From Alphaproteobacteria bacterium (GTDB taxonomy: Bacteria > Pseudomonadota > Alphaproteobacteria > UBA828), in NCBI GenBank assembly GCA_965214705.1, contig OZ243972.1, forward strand, positions 192,001 through 256,000: a stretch of DNA of 64,000 nt. The letters are read 5' to 3'. A model generated the notes under the pieces. The model saw nothing but the letters and a program-made list of their open reading frames with translations. It had not been told where the DNA came from and did no database searches. This document shows, one piece after another, positions 1-10,407 of the stretch. Within the stretch, counting starts at the first letter, position 1, and each line of letters starts with the position of its first letter. The position numbers and the translations under genes are program-made.

Positions 1-147
1 GGTGAGCGCCCCCGGCGGCGCGGCTGGTGGCAGCGCCTCGCCTCATCGTCGCGATAACGGGTTCGCGTCCTGTTCAGGGCACGGTGTGGGCACGCGCGCG
101 ATTCCGCGTGATATGCGCAGGCCGTGACTTAAGGTGAGAACTCCGGC

Positions 148-1596
148 TTAGCGCTCCGCGCCAGGCCGGAGCGCCGGCAGGGGATCGCTGAGGAACGCCG
201 GCACGTGGTCGCCGAGCCCCGTAACCCGCTCGTCGTCGCGGTCGGGGGCACTCTGCTTGGTCGCCCTGCGGGCGCGCTGGCCCTCATTTGCCTCTGCGGA
301 GCTCCCGGCTCGCCTCTTCTCCCGCTTGGGCTTGCTTTCGGCAGCTTCTGCGTCGCGCGTCCGCTTGCGCGCGGGCCGCTTTTCGCCTGTGCGGGGCTCC
401 TCGCGGCGCCTGCGGCCCCGGCGCGAACGGCTGCGCTCGCGGGGGGCGGCGTCCAGTTCGGCCGGCTCGCCCTCAGGGGTCGTGAGCGGGATCGCGGCGT
501 TGACGAGCGCCGCGATGGCGCCCACTGCCTCGGCTTCCTCATGAGTGGCCAGCGTGATCGCCTGGCCCTCGCGGCCGGCACGGCCCGTGCGGCCGATGCG
601 ATGGACGTAGTCCTCGGGATTGTAGGGCACGTCGAAGTTGATGACGTGAGAGACGGCCTCGATGTCGAGGCCGCGACCCGCCACGTCACTGCAGACGAGG
701 AGGTTGACCTCGCCCTCCTTGAACGCCGCCAGCGTCTCGGTGCGGCGGTGCTGCACCATGTCGCCGTGCAGCGCGCGGGCGTCGAAGCCGTGGCGCTGGA
801 GCGAGGCGCTGACGATATCGACGTCCTTCTTGCGGTTGCAGAAGATCAGCGCGCTCTGCACCGCCTCGTCTCGGAGCAGGACACGCAACGCGGCGCGCTT
901 CTCCTCCGGGTCCACCAGGATCATCGCGTGGCTGACGGTGCCTGCCACCGTTGCCGGCGGCGTGACGCTCACCTCCTTGGGATTGATCAGGAATTCCTTG
1001 CCGAGTCTCTTGATCTCGGGCCCAAGCGTGGCGGAGAACATGAGAGTCTGGCGGATGCGCGGCAGCGTCTGGACGATGCGCTCGACATCCGGGATGAAGC
1101 CCATGTCGAGCATGCGATCGGCCTCGTCGATCACCAAGACCTTGACGCCGCCCAGCATGATCCGGCCCCGCTCGAACATGTCGATCAGGCGGCCGGGGGT
1201 GGCGATCAGAATGTCGGGGTCCTTGCCGAGCGCGGCTTCCTGCAGCGTGAACCCCTCGCCGCCGATGAGCAACGCCTGGCGCAGGCTGTGGTTGGTGCCG
1301 TAGGTGACGAAGTTGTCCGCGATCTGCTGCGCGAGCTCCCGCGTCGGCGCCAGGATCAGGCAGCGCGGCATCCGCGGCTTGCCCGTGCCCGCGCTCAAGA
1401 TGTCGATGATCGGCAGCGCGTAGGATGCGGTCTTGCCCGTGCCGGTCTGGGCGCAGCCCAGCAGGTCGACGCCGCGCAGGACCAGCGGGATGGCCTTCTG
1501 CTGGATCGGCGTCGGCGCCTCGTAGCCGGCCTCGGCAACGGCGGCGAGCAGCGGCTCGCTCAAGCCGAGATCCGCGAATCCTTCATTCAATTCCAC
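148..1596 (-). CDS. DEAD-box ATP-dependent RNA helicase (RhlE-like)
   Basis: Q motif (PTPIQ), AQTGTGKT, PTRELA, DEAD, SAT, HRIGRTGRAG and a basic C-terminal tail. Start moved to GTG 1596 behind a GGAGG RBS. Confidence 0.93.
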   Translation of the reverse strand: MELNEGFADLGLSEPLLAAVAEAGYEAPTPIQQKAIPLVLRGVDLLGCAQTGTGKTASYALPIIDILSAGTGKPRMPRCLILAPTRELAQQIADNFVTYGTNHSLRQALLIGGEGFTLQEAALGKDPDILIATPGRLIDMFERGRIMLGGVKVLVIDEADRMLDMGFIPDVERIVQTLPRIRQTLMFSATLGPEIKRLGKEFLINPKEVSVTPPATVAGTVSHAMILVDPEEKRAALRVLLRDEAVQSALIFCNRKKDVDIVSASLQRHGFDARALHGDMVQHRRTETLAAFKEGEVNLLVCSDVAGRGLDIEAVSHVINFDVPYNPEDYVHRIGRTGRAGREGQAITLATHEEAEAVGAIAALVNAAIPLTTPEGEPAELDAAPRERSRSRRGRRRREEPRTGEKRPARKRTRDAEAAESKPKREKRRAGSSAEANEGQRARRATKQSAPDRDDERVTGLGDHVPAFLSDPLPALRPGAER

Positions 1597-1927
1597 GAAA
1601 TTTCCTCCATGGCGGCGACGTCGCCGCACCCTGCGAGTCTTCGAGCGACAGCACGGCACGGGCGCCGGCGTGGCTCCCAGCCGCATGTCGCGGACCAATG
1701 ACGTGATGCAGGATTTATTGCTCCTTCAGCGGCGGGTTGGCCGCAAGGCAGCCGACGAATGACCCGCCGTCGGACCCGAATTCGGACGCGCGTGCGCCGC
1801 GGCGTCCTCGGTCCGCGCCCCTCCTACCCTTGCCGCAAGCCAGCGTCAATCGCCATCTGCACGAAGAGCAACGATGCACGTGCCGCGTATACCTTTTCGG
1901 TGGGAAATATGTCAGCGGGATTGCGGC

Positions 1928-1955
1928 TTGTGCGGGCGCGCCGAACGCGTACTAT
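1928..1955 (+). promoter_or_regulatory. Putative sigma70 promoter of tRNA-Gly
   Basis: TTGTGC-N16-TACTAT about 25 nt upstream of the tRNA. Confidence 0.45.
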
Positions 1956-1979
1956 CGCAACGCACGGGGCTGGGCGCAG

Positions 1980-2054
1980 GCGGGCGTAGCTCAGGGGTAG
2001 AGCACAACCTTGCCAAGGTTGGGGTCGTGGGTTCGAATCCCATCGCCCGCTCCA
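1980..2054 (+). tRNA. tRNA-Gly (GCC)
   Basis: GCGGGCG acceptor stem, D-arm AGCTCAGGGGTAGAGC, anticodon arm CAACC-TTGCCAA-GGTTG, T-loop GGTTCGAATCC, encoded CCA end. Confidence 0.98.
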
Positions 2055-2171
2055 GTCTCCGGCCCGCGCCCGCCAAAGTTTACGGCGGGCGTTTGCGCGA
2101 CGCGCAGGGGAAGAGGCCGAGATGCGCGTGCTGCCCGCCGCACCCGCCATCCACGCGACGAACAGCCACCA

Positions 2172-2567
2172 GTGACCGCGCTCGTCACCCACACGGGCGG
2201 CTGCCACTGCGGCGCGGTGCGCTTCTCCTGCGAGGCTCCGGCCCAGATCGAAGTGCACGACTGCGACTGCTCGATCTGCCGGAAGTCCGGCTACCGCCAT
2301 CTGGTGGTGCCGAAGTCGCGTTTCATCCTGCTCTCGGGCGCAGACAAGTTGACCAGCTACCGCTTCGGCACTGGCGTGGCCGAGCACCTGTTCTGTGCGG
2401 TCTGCGGCGTGAAGTCATTTTACTCGCCGCGCTCGGCGCCCGATTGCTACAGCGTCAACGTGCCCTGCCTCGATCCCGGTACCGTCACGGGCGAGACGGT
2501 GATCGCGGTGTACGGCGCAGACTGGAACGTCGACGATCCAGGGCCGCCCAAGCGCGAGCCCCTATAG
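2172..2567 (+). CDS. GFA/CENP-V family Zn-binding protein
   Basis: GGCHCGAVRF, CDCSICRK and HLFCAVCGV Cys motifs. GTG start at 2172. Confidence 0.88.
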   Translation: MTALVTHTGGCHCGAVRFSCEAPAQIEVHDCDCSICRKSGYRHLVVPKSRFILLSGADKLTSYRFGTGVAEHLFCAVCGVKSFYSPRSAPDCYSVNVPCLDPGTVTGETVIAVYGADWNVDDPGPPKREPL

Positions 2568-2599
2568 AACAAGGCCCACGTATCGGCCTGAATACAGGT

Positions 2600-3547
2600 C
2601 TACGAGCGCGCGAGCCGGACCTCGATCGCATCCCAGATCAGGGCTTCGAGGCGAGTGCCGTCGAGGCGGTTGATTTCCTGAATGCCCGTGGGCGAGGTGA
2701 CGTTGATCTCGGTGAGGTAGCCGCCAATCACGTCGATCCCCGTGAAGATCAGGCCGCGTTCCCTGAGTGCCGGGCCGATCGCGGCGCAAATCTCGCAGTC
2801 GCGGCTGCTCAGCTCGGTTTTGTCCGGCCGGGCGCCGACATGCATGTTGGCGCGGGCCTCGCCGGCGGCCGGCACCCGGTTCACGGCGCCCACCGGCTCG
2901 CCCTCCACCAGGATGATGCGCTTGTCGCCGTCGCGCACCGCCGGCAGATAGGCTTGGGCGATGATCGGCTCGCGGAAGAACGTGCCGAACATCTCGATCA
3001 AGGCATTGAGGTTCTCGTCCTCGGGCCCGACGTGGAATACGCCCGCGCCGCCGTTGCCGAAAAGGGGCTTGAGGATGATGTCGCCGTGCCGGGCGCGGAA
3101 GTCGACGATCATCTCGCGTTCGGCGGTGATCAGCGTCGGCGGCATCAGCTCGGGGAACCGCGTGACGAAGAGTTTTTCCGGCGCGTTCCGCACATGAACC
3201 GGGTCGTTGACCACCAGCGTCTCTGCTTGAATCTGTTCCAGGATATGGGTGGCCGTGATGTAGGCCATGTCGAAGGGCGGGTCCTGGCGCATCAGGACGA
3301 CGTCCATGGTGGCGAGGTCGACGCTCTCAGGCGCACCGAGGGAGAAGTGATCGCCGGTCTTCCGGCGCACCTCGAGGGGACGCACAGTGGCCACCGCACC
3401 GGCCGCGGTCAGCGAGAGATGCTGCGGCAGGTAGTGATGCAGCCGATGGCCTCTGGCCTGCGCTTCCAGCGCGAGCACGAAGGTGCTGTCGGCCTCGATG
3501 TCGATGGACTCGATCGGGTCCATTTGAATGGCCACGGCGAGGTTCAC
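2600..3547 (-). CDS. gshB: Glutathione synthetase
   Basis: [50 protein letters not shown]. Confidence 0.97.
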   Translation of the reverse strand: MNLAVAIQMDPIESIDIEADSTFVLALEAQARGHRLHHYLPQHLSLTAAGAVATVRPLEVRRKTGDHFSLGAPESVDLATMDVVLMRQDPPFDMAYITATHILEQIQAETLVVNDPVHVRNAPEKLFVTRFPELMPPTLITAEREMIVDFRARHGDIILKPLFGNGGAGVFHVGPEDENLNALIEMFGTFFREPIIAQAYLPAVRDGDKRIILVEGEPVGAVNRVPAAGEARANMHVGARPDKTELSSRDCEICAAIGPALRERGLIFTGIDVIGGYLTEINVTSPTGIQEINRLDGTRLEALIWDAIEVRLARS

Positions 3548-3575
3548 GTCATGGACCCCCTAAGTCCCTCGGCTC

Positions 3576-4403
3576 TCAATGCAGGCTGGTCGTGAGAGAC
3601 GCGAGCGCTGCCTCGACACGCGACCGCGCGGCCTCGGGCAACGGACAGGCAAGGCTCCGCTCCAGCGCCTCGACCGCGCCCTTGATGGTGCCGAGCCGCG
3701 CCCGCACCATGCCGAGCTCATGCCAGAGGCCGCCGGCATCCGGCGCGATCAGCAACATTCGCTCCAGGATCGCGGCGGCGCGGGCGCCGTCGCCCGCCTG
3801 CAGCGCCCGGGACTTGATATTGTTCTGAAGCCTGAGAAGGATCGCCCGGTTGCCGACCGGCGCGTAGTGGGCGGGCTCCAGCTCCACATCGGCACCCTGG
3901 AACTGCTTGAGCAGGCCGCGCAGGTGGCCGGCCTCCAGCGCCTGGCCCTGGTGGAAGGGATCGACGATCACGCGGCGGTCGCCCTCGTCCATCCGCACCA
4001 GGAAATGACCGGGGAAGGCCAGCCCGTCCACCGCCCAGCCCTGCGCACGGGCGGCGTGGATGTAGAGGATGCCGAGGCTGACCGGCAGTCCGACGCGGCG
4101 GTCGATGACCTGAAGCAGGTTCGCGTTCTCGGGCGCATCGTAGCTCTCGGTATCGCCGGCATACCCGTGCGCCTCGAAGAGCACGGCGTTGAGGTGACGG
4201 CGGCGGCGCTCCAGCGGCTCGCCGGCGCGGGCGAGCACCGCCACGTCCTCGCTGAGCCGCCCGACGTGGGTGCGGTAGCCTTCGAGCGATGCGCCCGGCA
4301 TGTCGAGGGCACCGAGCAACAGCGCGGCATCGGCCAAGTCGATCTCTTCGTCCGCGAGGGTGCCGACGGCGCGGAGCGCACCTTCGATCGCGTCACCCGG
4401 CAT
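3576..4403 (-). CDS. SirB1/transglutaminase-like protein with C-terminal TPR
   Basis: GY.GD..Y..P.N, VIDRRVGLPVSLGILY, GLAFPGHFLVR, DPF, ILLRLQNNIK. Start overlaps the upstream stop. Confidence 0.85.
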   Translation of the reverse strand: MPGDAIEGALRAVGTLADEEIDLADAALLLGALDMPGASLEGYRTHVGRLSEDVAVLARAGEPLERRRRHLNAVLFEAHGYAGDTESYDAPENANLLQVIDRRVGLPVSLGILYIHAARAQGWAVDGLAFPGHFLVRMDEGDRRVIVDPFHQGQALEAGHLRGLLKQFQGADVELEPAHYAPVGNRAILLRLQNNIKSRALQAGDGARAAAILERMLLIAPDAGGLWHELGMVRARLGTIKGAVEALERSLACPLPEAARSRVEAALASLTTSLH

Positions 4404-5097
4404 CAGGTGGTAGCGGGGAGCTTGACCGCGCATCGGATGGCAGCGGGCGACGCGGGTCGTCCTTCATGATCACATGGCTCACCACGCGCTCGACGCCGCC
4501 CACGCTGCGGGCGTGCGCCTTGACCCGCTCCAGCTCATCCTCGTCCTGCGCGATCCCCAAGAGATAAACCGTGCCATTGACGGTCTCGATATCATAGTTG
4601 ACCGACAGGATATCGAGGTCCAGGAGCAGCCTGGCCCGGAGCTTGAACGAAATCCACCTGTCCTCCGCGTAGTCCAGAATGCCGCCCTCGCCGGTCACCT
4701 GCAGCTCGTTGATCACCTCCTCCGCGCGCGCAGCCTGCCGGGCGACCCAACCCGCGCGGATCCGATCCTCATGCGTCGGCACGCTACCCTTGAGCAGCAC
4801 ACGGCCCTCCATCACGCTGATCGAAACGTCGTTGTAAAGGTCGAGATCGTCCCGGAAGAAGAGATGGTTGAGTTCCGCTTGAATCGTCAGGTCCTTGACG
4901 GCGTTGCTGACCGTGCGTTCCTCGGCGATGGCGAGGCCCGTCGTGGTGGCCGCGCCGATGATGACATCCGCACAACCGGCGAGACTCAGCAGAGCGGCCA
5001 GCGCGAGGGCAAGAGCTGCTGCCGGACCAGTTTGGCGCCAGTGGCGAAGACTCCGGCCGCCCGTGCGGCCAGTGCACGCATTCGCCCCACGGGCCAT
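4393..5097 (-). CDS. Dual-BON domain lipoprotein (DolP/YraP-like), paralog 2
   Basis: Lipobox LAGC, EERT, GRVLLKGSV, ETVNGTVYLLGIA. Coupled by TGATG to the upstream paralog. Confidence 0.85.
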   Translation of the reverse strand: MARGANACTGRTGGRSLRHWRQTGPAAALALALAALLSLAGCADVIIGAATTTGLAIAEERTVSNAVKDLTIQAELNHLFFRDDLDLYNDVSISVMEGRVLLKGSVPTHEDRIRAGWVARQAARAEEVINELQVTGEGGILDYAEDRWISFKLRARLLLDLDILSVNYDIETVNGTVYLLGIAQDEDELERVKAHARSVGGVERVVSHVIMKDDPRRPLPSDARSSSPLPPDAG

Positions 5098-5783
5098 CAA
5101 GGCGTCACCGGGCGGTGACGGTCGTCCTTCAAGACCACGTGGCTCACGACGCGCTTTACATCCTCGATGCTGCGGGCGTGCTCGGTGACCCGCGTGAGCT
5201 CGGCCTCGTCCTGCGCGATACCCAGGAGGTAGACCGTGCCGTTGACCGTCTCCACGCTGTAGTTGATGGAGAGGACATCGCCGTCCACCAGTAGCTTTCC
5301 CTTGAGCTGCGCCGAAATCCACGTGTCCCGCGCGTAATCGAGGATTCCGCTGTCGTCGGCCACCTGAAGCTCATTGATCACCTCGCGAACGCCGGCGGCC
5401 TGCCAGGCGAGCCGAAGCGCACGGATGCGATCGTCGGGCGTGGGCACGCTGCCTTTGAGCAGAACGCGTCCTTCGATCACGCTGAACGACACATCCCCAA
5501 AGAGCTCGACATCGTCCCGGAAGAAGAGGTGGTTGAGCTCCGCCCTAATGGTCAGGTCGTCGACCGCGTCGCCGACCGAGCGCTCCTCGGCGATCGCAAC
5601 GCCCGTCGTTGCGGCCGCGCCGATCAGAAGTTCCGCACATCCAGAGAGGGAGAGCGAGCCGGCCAAGAGGAGTACGAGCACGACTGCGGGTCCCGCCTTC
5701 CGGCTCGGGCACCGCGTCAATCGTGTCAGATAACTGTCCCGCTGCGGTCGGGACGCCACGCATCTGGCAGGTGGCTCGGCCAT
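5097..5783 (-). CDS. Dual-BON domain lipoprotein (DolP/YraP-like), paralog 1
   Basis: Lipobox LSGC, EERSVGDAVDD, two BON domains. Start uncertain (ATG 5783 or TTG 5720). Confidence 0.85.
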   Translation of the reverse strand: MAEPPARCVASRPQRDSYLTRLTRCPSRKAGPAVVLVLLLAGSLSLSGCAELLIGAAATTGVAIAEERSVGDAVDDLTIRAELNHLFFRDDVELFGDVSFSVIEGRVLLKGSVPTPDDRIRALRLAWQAAGVREVINELQVADDSGILDYARDTWISAQLKGKLLVDGDVLSINYSVETVNGTVYLLGIAQDEAELTRVTEHARSIEDVKRVVSHVVLKDDRHRPVTP

Positions 5784-6118
5784 CGCCAAGGGCTCACCAC
5801 CATCAAATCGAATCGGAGTGAAAGCTTGCGCCGATTCGGGTGACGCGACAAGTAAATGGTGGCGGCGTTCTCGATACGCCGCCGCTGATGCGCGGTAACG
5901 GCCTCAAGAATGCCCTGGCGCTCCTTGCGATGCTTCACTTCAATGAAGGCGATCAACGCGCCGCGTTGCGCGACGATGTCGAGCTCGCCCGCAGGGGTGG
6001 CGTAGCGCCGCGCCAGGATGCGCCAGCCCGTGAGTCGGAGACGCAACGCGCAAAGTCGCTCCGCCGCAAGACCCCGCGCGTAAGCCGCGCGTCGGTCCTC
6101 TAGGGATCGACCGCGCAT
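5726..6118 (-). CDS. yraN: YraN family (UPF0102) protein
   Basis: G..AE, GWRIL, GELDIVA, FIEVK, RFD and HLPDAW motifs. Directly downstream of rsmI. Confidence 0.92.
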   Translation of the reverse strand: MRGRSLEDRRAAYARGLAAERLCALRLRLTGWRILARRYATPAGELDIVAQRGALIAFIEVKHRKERQGILEAVTAHQRRRIENAATIYLSRHPNRRKLSLRFDLMVVSPWRWPSHLPDAWRPDRSGTVI

Positions 6119-7044
6119 CCCTCCCGTGCCCGTGTCCGTGCCAATGCACGGGTATAGAGCTCGCGACGCGGCAGCCCGGTTTCGGCGCTGAGCGCCGCCG
6201 CGGCGTCGCGCACGGTGCCCTCGGCGAGAAGACGGTCGAGGCGCGCGTCGATATCCGCGTCCGAGAGCGCTGGTTGCGCCGTGCCTCCCCTCTCGCCGCC
6301 AACGACGATCACGACCTCGCCTTTGGGAGCACCGGCGGCGGCGTAATGGCTTGCCAGCTCGCCGAGCGATCCGCGCCGTACCTCCTCGTGCAGCTTGGTC
6401 AGCTCGCGCGCCACAGCCGCCGGGCGCGAGCCGAGTGTCGCCGCCATCTCTGCCAGCGACGACGCCAGTCGCCGGGGCGATTCGAGGAAGACGAGCGTCG
6501 CGTCGAGGGCGCAGAGCGAGCCGAGCGCCTCCCGCCGGGGCCCCGCCTTGGAGGGCAGGAAGCCGCCGAAGTAGAAGCGATCGGTCGGCAGGCCAGAGAG
6601 GATGAGCGCGAGCAGGGGCGCGCTCGGGCCCGGGCAGCCGGTCACGCGAATGCCGGCATCGAGCGCGGTACGAACCAGCTTGTAGCCGGGGTCGGAGATC
6701 AGCGGCGTGCCTGCGTCCGAGACCAGGGCCACCGAGCCGCCGCCTGTAAGCGCACGGATCAACGCCGGGCGAACGCGCGCCGCGTTATGCTCGTGGTAGG
6801 AGACGAGGCGTGCCGAGATGCCGTGGCGCGCCAGGAGCCGCCCGGTGCGGCGGGTGTCCTCGCAGGCGACACGATCGACGGATGCAAGCACCGCGAGCGC
6901 GCGCGGCGACATGTCCTCCAGATTGCCGATCGGCGTCGCCACCAGCCAGAGACCGGGTTCCGCGCCCGGCTGCGGTTTACTCGCCGGGGTGTCGTCCCTA
7001 GTCTGTCCCGCGCCTGCCGGCGTCGCGGGAGCTTCCTCGGACAT
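6100..7044 (-). CDS. rsmI: 16S rRNA (cytidine1402-2'-O)-methyltransferase
   Basis: LVATPIGNLED, ACEDTR, VSDAGTPLISDPG, ESPRR, RELTKLHEE, PKGEVV. Start ATG 7044 inferred. Confidence 0.96.
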   Translation of the reverse strand: MSEEAPATPAGAGQTRDDTPASKPQPGAEPGLWLVATPIGNLEDMSPRALAVLASVDRVACEDTRRTGRLLARHGISARLVSYHEHNAARVRPALIRALTGGGSVALVSDAGTPLISDPGYKLVRTALDAGIRVTGCPGPSAPLLALILSGLPTDRFYFGGFLPSKAGPRREALGSLCALDATLVFLESPRRLASSLAEMAATLGSRPAAVARELTKLHEEVRRGSLGELASHYAAAGAPKGEVVIVVGGERGGTAQPALSDADIDARLDRLLAEGTVRDAAAALSAETGLPRRELYTRALARTRAREGCAVDP

Positions 7045-8494
7045 GGATCGACCTCGTAGCCTCTCCGCAGCCAATCGGCGCCGGCGGATCGGAGCGGCAG
7101 GCGCCGCCCTGCTGCTGGTCCTTCTCGCGGGCGCCTGCGCCGCGCCGAGCGTACCGCCGCCGTCGCCCGAGGACCAGCCGCAGCCTCGCCCGACAGCCGA
7201 AGCGAAGACCGCCGCGCCTGACCTCTTGATCCCTCCGGCCGATGAGCGGGCCGAGACGCTCGCCGCCCTCCCCACCGATGAATCGACTGCGGGCGAGCCT
7301 GCTGGGGAAGAAGAAAGCGCAGCTACGGCACCTGAGGAGACAGCACGCCCCGCCAGGGTGGGCCTCCTGTTGCCGCTCTCTGGCCGCTACGCCCAGGAAG
7401 GCGAGACGCTGCTGCACGCGGCGCAGCTCGCCCTCTTCGACACGGCCGACGAGCGCTTCTTGCTGCTGCCGCGCGATACGGGAGGCACGGCGCCGGGTGC
7501 GAAGCGGGCCGCGCTTGCGCTGCTCGAAGAGGGCGTCGACCTGATCCTCGGACCCCTGTTTGCCGAGGGCGTGAACGCCGTCGCCTCCCACGCACGAGCG
7601 CATGGGGTAACCGTGGTCGCCTTCTCGACCGATCGGGCGGCCGCAAGCGAAGGCGTCTTTTTGCTCGGCCATACACCGCGCGCGCAGATCAGGCGGGTCT
7701 TCGCGCACGCGGCGGCGAAGGGGTATCGACGGATCGCTTTGCTGGCGCCCGAGACACGTTATGGCGCGACAGTGGCGGACGAGGCCCAGGCTGCGGCAAT
7801 GCTCAACGGACTGTCGCTTGCAAGAGTCCGCAATTACGCGGCGGATGCGTCGGACGCAGCCGACGTCGTGCGCAACCTTGCCGAGTACGACCGGCGCGCC
7901 CAGGCCCTAAAACACGAGCGGCGGACGCTTGCCCGCCAGGGCGATGCCGCAGCCCGCCGTCGACTGAAGCGGCTTGAGACCCTCGACACGCTGGGCGAGC
8001 TGCCCTTCGACGCGCTGCTGCTGGCCGATGGCGGCACTCGGTTGCGGCAGGTCGCGCCGCTACTCCCCTATTACGACATCGACCCCACCGAAGTCCGCGT
8101 TCTGGGGACGGGCCTCTGGGAGGATGCGGCCACGCTCGGCGAGACGGCGCTCGCAGGCGGCTGGTTCGCGGGTCCTGACCCGGCCGCACGGCGAAATTTC
8201 GAGGAACGCTACCGCCGAGTCTTCGGCGAATCACCGGGAGCAATCGCTACCGTCGCCTATGACGCGACCGCGCTGGCCGCGGCTCTCGCACGAGCAGGCG
8301 CCTCGTTCGACCCGCAGGCCATCGGCAACCGCGGCGGATTCGTCGGCGCGGACGGTCTCTTTCGCTTCGACGACGAGGGGATCGCGGAACGGGGCCTCGC
8401 CGTCTTCGAGGTCGCTGACGGCGGCAAAGCCCTTGTAGTGAGCCCCGCGCCTGCGCGTTTCGACGTTGGTGAAGGCAATGCGGACGGAGGCTGA
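7043..8494 (+). CDS. Penicillin-binding protein activator (LpoA/LppC family lipoprotein)
   Basis: Signal/lipobox-like N-terminus, VGLLLPLSG, ILGPLFA, LGTGLW, AYDA, GADGLFRF, ERGLAV. Divergent from rsmI. Confidence 0.88.
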   Translation: MDRPRSLSAANRRRRIGAAGAALLLVLLAGACAAPSVPPPSPEDQPQPRPTAEAKTAAPDLLIPPADERAETLAALPTDESTAGEPAGEEESAATAPEETARPARVGLLLPLSGRYAQEGETLLHAAQLALFDTADERFLLLPRDTGGTAPGAKRAALALLEEGVDLILGPLFAEGVNAVASHARAHGVTVVAFSTDRAAASEGVFLLGHTPRAQIRRVFAHAAAKGYRRIALLAPETRYGATVADEAQAAAMLNGLSLARVRNYAADASDAADVVRNLAEYDRRAQALKHERRTLARQGDAAARRRLKRLETLDTLGELPFDALLLADGGTRLRQVAPLLPYYDIDPTEVRVLGTGLWEDAATLGETALAGGWFAGPDPAARRNFEERYRRVFGESPGAIATVAYDATALAAALARAGASFDPQAIGNRGGFVGADGLFRFDDEGIAERGLAVFEVADGGKALVVSPAPARFDVGEGNADGG

Positions 8495-8520
8495 GACAGG
8501 CCGCACGCCCGCCGCAGGCC

Positions 8521-9285
8521 CTACAGAATCTGACTCAGGAACAGCTTGGTCCGGTCGGACTGGGGATTGTTGAAGAACTCGTCCGGCGTGTTCTGCTCGA
8601 CGATCTGGCCCTCGTCCATGAAGATGACGCGGTTGGCGACCTGCGAGGCGAAGCCCATCTCATGGGTGACGACGAGCATGGTCATGCCGCTCTCGGCAAG
8701 GTCGACCATGACCTCCAGCACCTCCTTGATCATCTCCGGATCGAGGGCCGAAGTGGGCTCGTCGAACAGCATGATGTTGGGCTTCATGCAGAGGGAGCGG
8801 GCGATCGCCACGCGCTGCTGCTGGCCGCCGGAGAGCTGGCCGGGATATTTCAAGGCCTGCTCAGGGATCTTGACCCGCTCCAGGTACTCCATCGCGGACT
8901 GCTGGGCCTCGGCCTTCGGCATCTTGCGCACCCAGATCGGGGCCAGCGTGCAGTTCTCCAGCACCGTGAGATGCGGGAACAGGTTGAACTGCTGGAACAC
9001 CATGCCGACCTCGCGGCGGATCGCATCGATGTTCTTTAGGTTGTGGGTGAGCTCGACGCCGTCGACGACGACCTTGCCTTCCTGATGCTCCTCCAGCCTG
9101 TTGATGCAGCGGATCAGCGTCGACTTGCCCGATCCCGACGGCCCGCAGATGACGATGCGCTCCCGTCGCTCAACCATGAGATCGATGTCGCGCAGAACGT
9201 GGAACTGACCGAACCACTTGTTGAGGCCGGTGATTTCGATGATCGGGTCTTCGGCGCCGCCGGGCGCGGCATCTGCCTCCGCCAT
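8521..9285 (-). CDS. aapP: General L-amino acid ABC transporter ATPase (AapP/BztD)
   Basis: [29 protein letters not shown]. Last gene of the four-gene operon. Confidence 0.9.
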   Translation of the reverse strand: MAEADAAPGGAEDPIIEITGLNKWFGQFHVLRDIDLMVERRERIVICGPSGSGKSTLIRCINRLEEHQEGKVVVDGVELTHNLKNIDAIRREVGMVFQQFNLFPHLTVLENCTLAPIWVRKMPKAEAQQSAMEYLERVKIPEQALKYPGQLSGGQQQRVAIARSLCMKPNIMLFDEPTSALDPEMIKEVLEVMVDLAESGMTMLVVTHEMGFASQVANRVIFMDEGQIVEQNTPDEFFNNPQSDRTKLFLSQIL

Positions 9286-9294
9286 GGTGCCTCC

Positions 9295-10407
9295 CTAGCG
9301 TCTCGTGGTGTCCAAGCGCTTCTCGAGATTGAGCGAGTAGCGCGACATGCTGAAGCAGATCACGAAGAAGAACAGCGCCGCCAGCAGAAAGGTCTCGTAA
9401 TCGACCTTGCCCAGCCAGTCCGGATTGGTCTGCAGGAGACGCGCCTGGCCCAGGATATCGAACAGGCCGATGATGATGACCAGCGTGGTGTCCTTGAAGA
9501 GCCCGATGAAGGTGTTGACGATGCCCGGGATCGAGATCTTGAGCGCCTGCGGCAGAATGATCAGGCGCATCGACTGCCAGTAGCCAAGCCCCATCGCCTG
9601 ACCGGCCTCGTACTGCCCTTGCGGGATCGCCTGCAGCCCGCCGCGGATCACCTCGGCCATGTAGGCGGAGGCGAACACCGTGATGATGATCATCACGCGG
9701 ATCAACTGGTCGAGCGTGACCTGGGGCGGCAGGAAAAGCGGCAGCAGGATGATCGCGACGAAGAGCAGCGTAATCAGCGGCACGCCGCGGATGAACTCGA
9801 TGAACCCGACCGAGAACATCCGGACGATCGGCATGCGCGAGCGCCGGCCGAGTGCCAGCAGGATCCCGATGGGCAGGGAGAGCACGATGCCGACGAGTCC
9901 GGCGATAAGATTGAGCATGAAGCCGCCGAACTGGTCGGTCCGCACGACCTCGAGGCCGAGACCGCCGACCAGCAGGATCGCGGCGATCACCGGATAGGCG
10001 AGCGAGAACCAGCGCCCGTAGCGGGAATACGGCAGCTTGTCGAACAGCATGTAGGCGAGCGCCGGTACCAGCAGGGCGATGCAGATGTTCACCCGCCAAT
10101 AGGCATCGGCCGGGTAGAAGCCGTAGAAGAACTGAGTGATGCGCTGGTCGAGCCAAGCCCAGCACGCACCCTCGCTGGGACAGTCCTTGCCGATCTCGCC
10201 CGTAAGCGTTGCATCGATGAAAGCCCATTCGATCAGGCCCGGTACGATCAGCGCGAGCACGGCGATCGAGCCTAGCGTCAGCGCCGCGCTCAGATAGCTG
10301 GAGAAGAGGTTGGTCCGCAGCCAGCCAATCACACCTGTGGTGGTGATCGGCGCCGGCCGCTCAGGCAGCATCTCCGCCCGGCTGCGGTGGAAGGCGTGCG
10401 TCTTCAT
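9295..10407 (-). CDS. aapM: Amino acid ABC permease (AapM/BztC)
   Basis: WLRTNLFSS, GACW, IRGVPLIT, GQYEA, FIGLFKDTTLV. ATGA overlap with aapQ. Confidence 0.9.
   Translation of the reverse strand: MKTHAFHRSRAEMLPERPAPITTTGVIGWLRTNLFSSYLSAALTLGSIAVLALIVPGLIEWAFIDATLTGEIGKDCPSEGACWAWLDQRITQFFYGFYPADAYWRVNICIALLVPALAYMLFDKLPYSRYGRWFSLAYPVIAAILLVGGLGLEVVRTDQFGGFMLNLIAGLVGIVLSLPIGILLALGRRSRMPIVRMFSVGFIEFIRGVPLITLLFVAIILLPLFLPPQVTLDQLIRVMIIITVFASAYMAEVIRGGLQAIPQGQYEAGQAMGLGYWQSMRLIILPQALKISIPGIVNTFIGLFKDTTLVIIIGLFDILGQARLLQTNPDWLGKVDYETFLLAALFFFVICFSMSRYSLNLEKRLDTTRR

Noticed and set aside
1612-1627. Perfect 16-bp palindrome GCGGCGACGTCGCCGC just upstream of the helicase RBS
   Set aside because: Almost all G/C, so plausible by chance in this genome. 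No supporting conservation is available.
1980-2054. tRNA-Gly as an integration site for the island
   Set aside because: No integrase, and no duplicated tRNA 3' end was seen in the window. Flanking genes are housekeeping.
1874-3595. 573-aa ORF and a GFA N-terminal extension running through the tRNA
   Set aside because: Overlaps tRNA-Gly and antisense gshB. The GFA domain begins at 2172.
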